A stretch of DNA of 56,238 nt, taken from an uncultured Clostridia bacterium (GTDB taxonomy: Bacteria > Bacillota > Clostridia > Christensenellales > DTU072). Below, one piece after another: positions 27,276 through 35,209 of the stretch. The notes below the pieces were generated by a model, which worked only from the letters and a program-made list of their open reading frames with translations, had not been told where the DNA came from and made no database searches. Positions within the stretch are counted from its first letter, which is position 1, and each line of letters starts with the position of its first letter. The position numbers and the translations under genes are program-made. The stretch lies in the NCBI GenBank assembly GCA_944349735.1, contig CALVNM010000004.1, forward strand, positions 1 to 56,238. The letters are read 5' to 3'.

Positions 27276-28460
27276 TTATTTTTTCAGAAGTTTTTTAAGA
27301 CGCGCCATTGCTTCGGCGGTATTCTCGTGAGTATTAAAAGCGGTAAGTCTGAAGTACCCTTCTCCGCATTTGCCGAAGCCGCTTCCCGGCGTACCGGCGA
27401 CCTGGATCTCGTTGAGGAGCATGTCGAAGAACTCCCACGAATCCATACCGCACTTAAGCCATATATACGGAGAATTTACCCCTCCGGTGAACCATATTCC
27501 GAGTTCGGTGAGAGCTTCCGCCATAATGCGGGCATTTTCTTTATAATATTCGATATTTACGCGGCAAGATTCGAGTCCTTCGGGCGTGAATACCGCTTCC
27601 GCTCCGCGCTGAATAATGTACGCGGTGCCGTTATATTTCGTCGTCTGACGGCGAAGCCACATCTTATTAAGGCTTCTGCCGTCTATTATTATTCCCTCGG
27701 GGACCACGGTATATCCGCAACGCGTGCCGGTAAAGCCCGCCGTCTTGGAAAGAGAACAGAACTCCACCGCACATTTTTCGGCGCCCTCTATCTCGAAAAT
27801 CGAGCGAGGAAGTTCCTTGTCGCCGACGAACGCCTCGTATGCCGAATCGAAAAGGATTATCATTCCGTTATCTATGGCAAAGTTTACCCATACCCTGAGC
27901 TGTTCGCGCGAATAGACCGCGCCTGTAGGATTGTTGGGAGAACAAAGATAAACTATATCCCCTTTAAGACCTTCGTACGGCATGGGAAGAAAACCGTTTT
28001 CTTCGTTGCCGTCGATAAGCACGATCTTTCTGCCACGCATGACATTACTGTCCATATACACCGGATACACGGGATCGGGAATAACTATCACATTGTCGTC
28101 AGAGAAAAGATCGGTGAAATTAGCCACATCGCTTTTCGCTCCGTCGGAAATAAAGATCTCGTTTTGTTTGAGTTCTACGCCCGCCACGTCTCGGTAATAA
28201 CGCGCGATAGCCTGTTGCAGGAATCCGCAGCCTTGCTCGTCGCCGTAACCGTGGAAGGTACGTGAGTCGCCCTGCTCGCGGCTTGCTTTCTCGAGAGCCG
28301 CGACGACAGGCGCGGTAAGAGGTTTGGTAACGTCGCCTATCCCCATCTTGATAACGGGCTTATCAGGATGCGCCGCCTGATATTCTCTTATCTTACGTGC
28401 AGTAGTAGAAAAAAGATAACTCTCTTTAAGTGCAAAAAAATTATCGTTGATCTTAACCAT
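27276..28460 (-). CDS. dapL: LL-diaminopimelate aminotransferase
   Basis: SYLF, GIGDVT, GYGDEQG, SDGAKSD, DPVYPVY.DSN, CSPNNPTG, SLSKTAGFTGTRC, TPGSGFG. Confidence 0.95.
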   Translation of the reverse strand: MVKINDNFFALKESYLFSTTARKIREYQAAHPDKPVIKMGIGDVTKPLTAPVVAALEKASREQGDSRTFHGYGDEQGCGFLQQAIARYYRDVAGVELKQNEIFISDGAKSDVANFTDLFSDDNVIVIPDPVYPVYMDSNVMRGRKIVLIDGNEENGFLPMPYEGLKGDIVYLCSPNNPTGAVYSREQLRVWVNFAIDNGMIILFDSAYEAFVGDKELPRSIFEIEGAEKCAVEFCSLSKTAGFTGTRCGYTVVPEGIIIDGRSLNKMWLRRQTTKYNGTAYIIQRGAEAVFTPEGLESCRVNIEYYKENARIMAEALTELGIWFTGGVNSPYIWLKCGMDSWEFFDMLLNEIQVAGTPGSGFGKCGEGYFRLTAFNTHENTAEAMARLKKLLKK

Positions 28461-29232
28461 AATCGGAAATATTCAGTTCTCCTATATAATTTAAGTTCGC
28501 TTTGCCGCTCGCGTAAACGCGACCGTCAATATATTCTATCGTAAGTTCTCCGCCGCGAAGCCTGACCGTGATCGGAAAGCTCAATTTGCCCTCCGCGGCT
28601 AATACGTAAGCCGCCGCACACGCGCCCGTTCCGCAGGCAAGCGTTTCCCCGCTTCCTCTCTCCCAAACGCGCATTTCCATGACATGCTCGGATACCGCAC
28701 GGACCGTCTCCACGTTCACGTCTCTGAGTCTCGACAGCTCGGCAGCCCGCGCAATATGAGCTTCGCATGCGGGATCGCCTTCTATCACAGCGTGAGGATT
28801 GCCGATATCAGCATATATAGCGTCGCCTTCACGCCCTGTAATGCGGACTTTACCCATTTCCGCACGTACGGAAACGACTTTACCGTCGACCTCGGTCACG
28901 GCAAGCGTCCTGATACCCGCCTTGGTCTCGACGGCAAGTTCGCCCGTCCTTCCGCATACCTCGGTCAGGTATTTTGCGATACATCTGACCGCGTTGCCGC
29001 ACATGGTTCCTTCCGAGCCGTCAGCGTTGAACATACGCATCCTGACGTCCGCCAAACGCGACGGATACATTATTACGATGCCGTCTCCGCCGACGCCGAA
29101 GTGCCTGTCGCAGATGCGCGGAATAAGCGTTTTTAAGTTACTCTCGAGCTTCTTAAGCTCATCTTTGGGGCATTTGACCGCATCGATGAAAATGTAGTCG
29201 TTGCCCAAGCCGTTCATCTTCCAAAATATCAT
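28453..29232 (-). CDS. dapF: Diaminopimelate epimerase
   Basis: KMNGLGNDY, DRHFGVGGDG, NADGSEGTMCGN, GNPH, RVWERGSGETLACGTG. Confidence 0.95.
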   Translation of the reverse strand: MIFWKMNGLGNDYIFIDAVKCPKDELKKLESNLKTLIPRICDRHFGVGGDGIVIMYPSRLADVRMRMFNADGSEGTMCGNAVRCIAKYLTEVCGRTGELAVETKAGIRTLAVTEVDGKVVSVRAEMGKVRITGREGDAIYADIGNPHAVIEGDPACEAHIARAAELSRLRDVNVETVRAVSEHVMEMRVWERGSGETLACGTGACAAAYVLAAEGKLSFPITVRLRGGELTIEYIDGRVYASGKANLNYIGELNISDYG

Positions 29233-29273
29233 ATACCGTCTCCGAACGGTATATTATATGTCGGATAGCGTCG

Positions 29274-29972
29274 TTATTTGCGGTACAGTATCCTTCTGCA
29301 ATGAGGACATTCCGCGATGTCTCCGGGATTCTGAAGTTTACCGTGCAATTCGGTCTCTATATGCATACCGCAGCCTCTGCAATTCCCGTCCTTAAATTCG
29401 ACCACAATGGGGAGTTTGACCTTGGCACCGCGTACCTTCTGGTATATCTCGAGGTCCTTGGGATCGATAGACTTTTTCAGCTCGTTGAGTTTTATACCGT
29501 ATTCGGCTATACCGGAAAGTATCTGCTTACGCTTCTCGTTGCGCGCTTCGTTGGCTGCGTTTATCTCTCCGCGCAGTTTCATGAATTGAGAGAAGTACTG
29601 CTGCGATTCGCGCGAGATCTCGTCCAAACGACGGAAAAGTCTGTTGGAATCCTTCTCGAGAGCGGCGAGATTCTCTTCGAGCTTTATGAGCGCGTCATCG
29701 CTTTTTGCCGCTTGATCGAGGTTCTTGGGCGTGCTTACTGGACGGGACTTGATCTCGGCGCCGAAATCGGCAAAAGCGCCCTCCTTGCGCTCGAGTTCCT
29801 TGAAAATATCGCCCGTCTCGTGGTCGAGCTTGATGAGCTGTTCCGAGCAAGCCTTTGCACGCGCGCGCAAAGCGTTGTATTTCTTGTTTTCGTCGCTGTT
29901 GGCGTATTCGACTTCGGCTTTATAAATGACCTGATCCAACGCCTGGTATTCAAGAATTTTCTCGATATTCAT
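29274..29972 (-). CDS. Coiled-coil protein with C-terminal C4 zinc ribbon
   Basis: Long heptad-rich helix followed by CRGC...CPHCRRIL; usual neighbour of nif3. Confidence 0.85.
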   Translation of the reverse strand: MNIEKILEYQALDQVIYKAEVEYANSDENKKYNALRARAKACSEQLIKLDHETGDIFKELERKEGAFADFGAEIKSRPVSTPKNLDQAAKSDDALIKLEENLAALEKDSNRLFRRLDEISRESQQYFSQFMKLRGEINAANEARNEKRKQILSGIAEYGIKLNELKKSIDPKDLEIYQKVRGAKVKLPIVVEFKDGNCRGCGMHIETELHGKLQNPGDIAECPHCRRILYRK

Positions 29973-29981
29973 ACGGTTCTC

Positions 29982-30752
29982 CTAATTATAGGGTCTCTCG
30001 AGGCTCTCCGCGCCGTAAACATGCTCGACGCCTGCCGCCTTAAGGTATCCCGTCATCATTTCCACAAAAGGCATTTCGCTTTCGAAATGACCGAAATTGA
30101 TTATAGCATATCCAAGGTCTTTTGCCAACCTAATAACGTGATATTTGAAATCTCCGGACAAAAAAACATCGGCTCCCGACGCGATCGCCGTCATGAGGTT
30201 TTCTTCGTTGCCGCCTCCTCCGTTGACCGCCGCGATGCGGCGGACGATCTTCGAATCGTCGCCGGAATAGAGAATATGATCGTCACATAGCGCTTCGGCC
30301 GTCCTTTCCACAAATTCTCTAAGCGTACAAGGCTCGGAAAGATCTCCTATGCGCGGAGCGCGTCTGTCTCCCCCGGCAGCGAAATACGTATCCGCGCCGA
30401 GCTTCCGCATCAGAAAGTCGTTAAGTCCGCCTTCCGCGAAGTCGGCGCTGGTATGCGCGGCATATACGGCGATGCCGTTCCTTATAGCGGATACGAACCC
30501 GCGATGCACAGGAAGAGAGTATTCCAATCTTTTCACGGACGGAAAAATGCACGGATGATGGACGAGAATGTAATTCACTCCTTTCGCCGCCGCCTCTCCG
30601 GCGACCGCCTCGTTGAGATCGAGAGTGACCAATACCCCTTTTACTTCCGCCTCCGGATCTCCGTAAAGAAGTCCCGAATTATCGTAATCTTCCTGAAGCT
30701 CCGGCGGAGCGAAACGCTCTATGACGGCAGTCAGATCTTTAACTTTAAGCAT
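29982..30752 (-). CDS. Nif3-like dinuclear metal center protein
   Basis: EDYDNSGL, VTLD, HHP, YAAHTSAD, GDFKYH, GHFESE. Confidence 0.92.
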   Translation of the reverse strand: MLKVKDLTAVIERFAPPELQEDYDNSGLLYGDPEAEVKGVLVTLDLNEAVAGEAAAKGVNYILVHHPCIFPSVKRLEYSLPVHRGFVSAIRNGIAVYAAHTSADFAEGGLNDFLMRKLGADTYFAAGGDRRAPRIGDLSEPCTLREFVERTAEALCDDHILYSGDDSKIVRRIAAVNGGGGNEENLMTAIASGADVFLSGDFKYHVIRLAKDLGYAIINFGHFESEMPFVEMMTGYLKAAGVEHVYGAESLERPYN

Positions 30753-31378
30753 CCGGCTTTCACCTCCTCGTATTCCGCGCGCAGTTTGCCCGAAGGTATC
30801 TGCATTCTTCCGAAACGCTCCTCCAGAACCGCTCTGCGAGCGGAGATCATATCCTTGTAGTCCTCTGTGGAAGGCATATTCTTGCCGAAAAAGAATTCTC
30901 CTTCGGCATATTCGTCTGCGCCCTCCGACAGCACGATGATCTGATAAAATTTACCCCCTGAAGCCACTGCGAAGTCTTTCTCTACACGGAATTTTCCCGA
31001 AACGTACTTACGGAGTTCGTACGCGTTCTGGTGTGGGCACAGCACCAACCTTGCGGGCAACTCTTTTGCGGCGGAGAGTATTGATACTATCTCTATCCCG
31101 CCCATCCCCGCTATTATCGCCGTGTCCGCGCGGGCGTCGATCGGCGCGAATCCGTCTCCCTTAAGGCATATCACTCTGTCTGAGACCCCGGTCTGTTCGC
31201 TCAGAACCCTCGTTTTTTCCAGACTGTCCGCGCTTATGTCGACGGCATAGACGCGTTTTACTTTACCGCAAAGCAACGCGCCCACGGCGCAGTATCCGTG
31301 GTCGCAGCCTATATCTGCGAGAATATCTCCGCGCACTTCCTCGATAAGCGCGCTTATGCGTTTGTCCGGCTTATTCAC
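30731..31378 (-). CDS. trmK: tRNA (adenine22-N1)-methyltransferase
   Basis: ADIGCDHGY, GDGF, IAGMGG; lies between rpoD and nif3. Confidence 0.9.
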   Translation of the reverse strand: MNKPDKRISALIEEVRGDILADIGCDHGYCAVGALLCGKVKRVYAVDISADSLEKTRVLSEQTGVSDRVICLKGDGFAPIDARADTAIIAGMGGIEIVSILSAAKELPARLVLCPHQNAYELRKYVSGKFRVEKDFAVASGGKFYQIIVLSEGADEYAEGEFFFGKNMPSTEDYKDMISARRAVLEERFGRMQIPSGKLRAEYEEVKAGCLKLKI

Positions 31379-31381
31379 GCT

Positions 31382-32449
31382 TTATTTGTCGAGGAAGTCT
31401 TTGAGTTTCTTGGTCTTATTGGGGTGTTTGAGACGGCGCAAGGCTTTTGCCTCTATCTGACGGATACGTTCGCGCGTTACGTTGAACACCTTGCCGACCT
31501 CTTCCAGAGTACGCGGACGGTTGTCTCGCAGACCGTAACGCAATATAAGCACCATGGCTTCGCGCGGAGCGAGCGTGCCGAGTATCTCGTTGACCTGCTC
31601 TTTGAGCATATTGGCTTCCGCCGCGTCTATAGGAGCGGTAGCCGAAGTGTCTTCGATAAAATCTCCGAGATGGCTGTCGTCCTCTTCTCCGATAGGCGTT
31701 TCGAGCGACACCGGATCCTGCGCTATTTTCTGTATTTCTACGACGCGCGCTTCGGAAATACCCATCGCTTCCGCTATTTCGGCCTGAGTCGGCTCTCTTC
31801 CGTATTTTTGAAGCAAAGCGCGGGAAATCTTGATGAGTTTATTGATAGTTTCGACCATGTGCACCGGAATACGTATGGTGCGCGCCTGATCGGCTATCGA
31901 TCTCGTGATCGCCTGACGTATCCACCAGGTCGCGTAGGTGGAGAATTTGAATCCCTTGGTATAATCGAATTTATCGACGGCTTTCATGAGTCCGAGATTG
32001 CCTTCCTGTATGAGATCGAGGAACGACATGCCTCTGCCGACATATCTCTTGGCTATGCTCACCACGAGTCTGAGGTTGGCGTTGATGAGTTTCTCTTTGG
32101 CTTCGGTATTCCCTTCCGCCATCTGCTTGGCAAGCTCGAGTTCCTCGTCAGCGCTGAGGAGCGGTACCCTGCCGATGTCCTTAAGATACATTTTAACGGA
32201 GTCGTCTATATTGACTTCGTTCATTATCTTTTGCAGAAGTTTATCGTTCTTGACATTGTTCTGCTCGGCGACCGTTATCCCGGCGTCCGCGAGTTCTTTA
32301 TAAATGTCCTCTATATCCTGCGGCTCGAGATCGAGTTTCTCGAGTTTGTTGAGAAGATCTTCTTCGTTGATCGATCTGTCGTCCTTGTCTTTGTAGGTTT
32401 CGATGATCTTCTGAACTTCTGACTTGATTTTAGCTTCTTTGTCGGACAT
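31382..32449 (-). CDS. rpoD: RNA polymerase primary sigma factor RpoD/SigA
   Basis: [62 protein letters not shown]. Confidence 0.98.
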   Translation of the reverse strand: MSDKEAKIKSEVQKIIETYKDKDDRSINEEDLLNKLEKLDLEPQDIEDIYKELADAGITVAEQNNVKNDKLLQKIMNEVNIDDSVKMYLKDIGRVPLLSADEELELAKQMAEGNTEAKEKLINANLRLVVSIAKRYVGRGMSFLDLIQEGNLGLMKAVDKFDYTKGFKFSTYATWWIRQAITRSIADQARTIRIPVHMVETINKLIKISRALLQKYGREPTQAEIAEAMGISEARVVEIQKIAQDPVSLETPIGEEDDSHLGDFIEDTSATAPIDAAEANMLKEQVNEILGTLAPREAMVLILRYGLRDNRPRTLEEVGKVFNVTRERIRQIEAKALRRLKHPNKTKKLKDFLDK

Positions 32450-32473
32450 GCGACGCCATCCTCCTTTGTGGAC

Positions 32474-34231
32474 TTAATGTTTCTTCAATAATTCGAGCAA
32501 TTCCTGCTCAAGTCGGCTCTTGAGGTCGCCTTCGGCGGTCTTGAGTTGACCCGTTATTTCCGCTATGCGCTCTTTGCGGCTCTTCTCCCTCATCTTGGTA
32601 AGGCACGCCGCATAATAATCCGCCTGCTTATCCTGCGGAAGTTTGTCCACTGCCGTTATGACCGCGTTTACTTCCTCGGTATTCTCCGGAGCGAGATCGA
32701 AAAGATCTCCTTTGACCGGCGGACGGTCCTTCTTCTCTATGCGCTCCGCGATGTATCCGTATATCGCCTTATGTACGGGATCGGTGAAAAATTCTTCCGT
32801 GAAATCTCCGAGACGCACATAATTCTTGCCCTCGACCACCGAGGAGAGCACGAAACGGCACATATTCAGATTCGCCGCGTTTACGTTCTCCTTAACGGCA
32901 GTATCGGCATCCTGAACCGTATGTTTTGCTCCTGCACGTGCGGCATTGCCCGCGCGGTAGTCGCTCAGCGAATTTGCGATACTGTCTTTGCTTAATCCGC
33001 TAAGCTCCGAAACGAGCGCGATATGCGTCTCCCTGCCTATGGGATCGAGTGCCTCGAGTACGGGAAGCGTGGATAACGCGAAATTCTCTCTGCCGCGCAA
33101 AGTATTGAGATTCTGTCGCGCTGCAAGAGTACGTATCTTGAATTCAGTAAGCGGCAAAGCCGATTTCATCAGTTGACGGAAGCCATCGGCTCCCATTTTA
33201 TTGATAACGTCGTCGGGATCCATCCCGTCAGGCAGAGACATTACGCTCACTTCGAGTCCCGCCTCTTTGAGCATATCGAGCGAACGCCAGGTCGCGCCCT
33301 GCCCGGCGGCGTCGCCGTCGAAACATACGTACACTTCGGATACGTAGCGCCGGATCTCTTCACATTGTTCCGTAGTGAGCGAAGTACCCATGGACGCCAC
33401 GACGTTATGTATCCCCGCCTGATAAAGGCTGATGACGTCCATATATCCTTCGGTCAGCACTATAGAAGAATGCTTTTCGTCCGCCTGCGTTTTTTTGAAA
33501 AGATTTACGTTAAAAAGATTTTTTCTTTTATCGAATACGGGCGTACCTTTAGTATTGCGGTATTTGGGTTTAATATCCTTGTCGAGAGTACGCCCGCCGA
33601 AGCCTATGACCTCGCCTTTTGCATTTATGATCGGGATAATGAGCCTCTTGGCGAGCGGGTCGTACCCGTCTTCGTTCACCAGCCCTGCGGCAACAAGAGT
33701 AGACCGCGAAAAGCCCTGTTTCTCCATCGCGCGCAAAAGCGAATATCCGTCGGGCGAATAGCCCATGCCGAACGCTACTCGTATCTCGGGAGAAATATTG
33801 CGCTTCTCCATGTATTCTACTGCTCCCGATGCCGCCTCGGTCTTGAGCGAGGTATAGAAAAAGCGCGCCGCAGCCTTGTTAGCCGCGATTATTTTGGCTA
33901 TGCGCGCGCGGCGTATGCGTATTTCGGGGTCTTCCTCTTCGGGCAATTCCATATGGGCTTCTTTGGCAAGAGCCTCGACCGCCTCGGTATAATTCATTCG
34001 CTCGTGTTCCATGAGGAATGTTATCACGTTGCCCGATTTGCCGCAACCGAAACAATGATAGTATTGTTCGTCCTCGTTAACCACGAAAGAAGGCGTCTTT
34101 TCAGAATGAAAAGGACAACAAGCCCAATACTTGTTACCCTTCTTCTGCAAGTACATGTATTTACCCAATATCTGTACTATGTTGGATCTGGATCTCAGCT
34201 CCTCGAGCCACCTCTCCGGAAAACGTGGAAT
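32474..34231 (-). CDS. dnaG: DNA primase; probable non-canonical ATT start at 34231
   Basis: CHC2 zinc finger CPFH...CFGC, GFGGR, KYRN, EGYMDVI, MGTSLT, FDGDAAG, DPDD. The conserved N-terminal helix continues 21 codons upstream of the track's TTG, to an ATT preceded by GAGAGG. Confidence 0.93.
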   Translation of the reverse strand: MPRFPERWLEELRSRSNIVQILGKYMYLQKKGNKYWACCPFHSEKTPSFVVNEDEQYYHCFGCGKSGNVITFLMEHERMNYTEAVEALAKEAHMELPEEEDPEIRIRRARIAKIIAANKAAARFFYTSLKTEAASGAVEYMEKRNISPEIRVAFGMGYSPDGYSLLRAMEKQGFSRSTLVAAGLVNEDGYDPLAKRLIIPIINAKGEVIGFGGRTLDKDIKPKYRNTKGTPVFDKRKNLFNVNLFKKTQADEKHSSIVLTEGYMDVISLYQAGIHNVVASMGTSLTTEQCEEIRRYVSEVYVCFDGDAAGQGATWRSLDMLKEAGLEVSVMSLPDGMDPDDVINKMGADGFRQLMKSALPLTEFKIRTLAARQNLNTLRGRENFALSTLPVLEALDPIGRETHIALVSELSGLSKDSIANSLSDYRAGNAARAGAKHTVQDADTAVKENVNAANLNMCRFVLSSVVEGKNYVRLGDFTEEFFTDPVHKAIYGYIAERIEKKDRPPVKGDLFDLAPENTEEVNAVITAVDKLPQDKQADYYAACLTKMREKSRKERIAEITGQLKTAEGDLKSRLEQELLELLKKH

Positions 34232-34326
34232 AGGTATGTACCTCTCTTGTCGTCGAAGTCGCGCTATATTCGCGCAAGCGCATTCGTACTATATAATACG
34301 ACGAAATTCGGAATTTTCCTTATTAT

Positions 34327-34749
34327 TTATTTTATATTTTTATTATTATTTTTATCAGACCCGTCCGGTTTAGGCATTCCGCGCGTTCCGAGTTCCGTAG
34401 CGGACGCTTCGCGCCGCCTCAGGTATTCTTTTCTGAGATCTTTATAGAATGAGGCAAGAGACAGAATGTAGCGTTCGCGCTGCTCTTCGCTGAGACTGTC
34501 GTAGACGCGCGAGTCCACGAGCGAGCCTACGGCGCTAAGACATCTGTCGTCCCCTGAGGATTGTATTGCCGCTACCGTCTCGTAATAACGGTAAATGTCT
34601 TCCGCGCTCAGACAGCGGTTGGCTATTACCACTATGTCGGAAGCCGACCGAACGGAATTTAACCTGACGATGTCGTCGTAATTACCCGAAATCATACGTT
34701 CTTTTACCGATCTTAACATGTTGTTCCTCATTCTTTTGAAATCTGCCAT
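34327..34749 (-). CDS. Hypothetical protein (140 aa)
   Basis: ATG with a GGGGG RBS-like sequence; same strand as its neighbours; fills the rpsU-dnaG gap; no motif recognised. Confidence 0.7.
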   Translation of the reverse strand: MADFKRMRNNMLRSVKERMISGNYDDIVRLNSVRSASDIVVIANRCLSAEDIYRYYETVAAIQSSGDDRCLSAVGSLVDSRVYDSLSEEQRERYILSLASFYKDLRKEYLRRREASATELGTRGMPKPDGSDKNNNKNIK

Positions 34750-34887
34750 ATGCGCCCCCGCGTTGTTTATTATCTACCAAAATACGGCAAAATCGATTAT
34801 ACTACCGCGTATATGCGCGCTGTGCCGCATCGACAAAAACAGGCAAAAGAGACCGTATTCCGCATAAGCGCCGCCGCTTGCCGCAAC

Positions 34888-34918
34888 AAAAAAAACGACG
34901 TCCTGTAGGACGTCGTTA
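34888..34918 (-). terminator. Intrinsic terminator after rpsU
   Basis: AACGACGTCC-N4-GGACGTCGTT stem followed by a T-tract. Confidence 0.85.
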
Positions 34919-34932
34919 CGTGTTCTGATCTC

Positions 34933-35109
34933 TTATTTGTAAGAGCGTTTGCGAGCGGCTTCCGCTTTTTTCTTGCGGCGAACGCTGGGCTTCTCGTAAG
35001 CCTCCTTGCGGCGGAGATCTCCGATGATACCGTCGTTGGCGCATTTCTTCTTCCATCTGCGGATAGCGCTGTCAAGACTTTCGTTTTCTTTCACGATCAC
35101 GGTCGACAT
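34933..35109 (-). CDS. rpsU: 30S ribosomal protein S21 (58 aa, missing from the ORF track)
   Basis: Hand translation [58 protein letters not shown]; AAGGAGGTG RBS. Confidence 0.96.
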   Translation of the reverse strand: MSTVIVKENESLDSAIRRWKKKCANDGIIGDLRRKEAYEKPSVRRKKKAEAARKRSYK

Positions 35110-35147
35110 TTCGGTTTCACCTCCTTTGCTCTTTACTTTACCCGTAT

Positions 35148-35176
35148 ATATTACAGGATTTTTTCCCGTATGTCAA
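35148..35176 (-). promoter_or_regulatory. sigmaA promoter of rpsU
   Basis: TTGACA-N17-TAATAT. Confidence 0.75.
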
Positions 35177-35209
35177 ACGGTATTTTAATTTATGATATTT
35201 TCTAAGCGA

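Noticed and set aside
34320-34356. AT-rich low-complexity TTATT run
   Set aside because: It encodes the KNNNKNIK tail of the hypothetical protein and probably serves as upstream promoter sequence for dnaG; it is not a regular tandem repeat.
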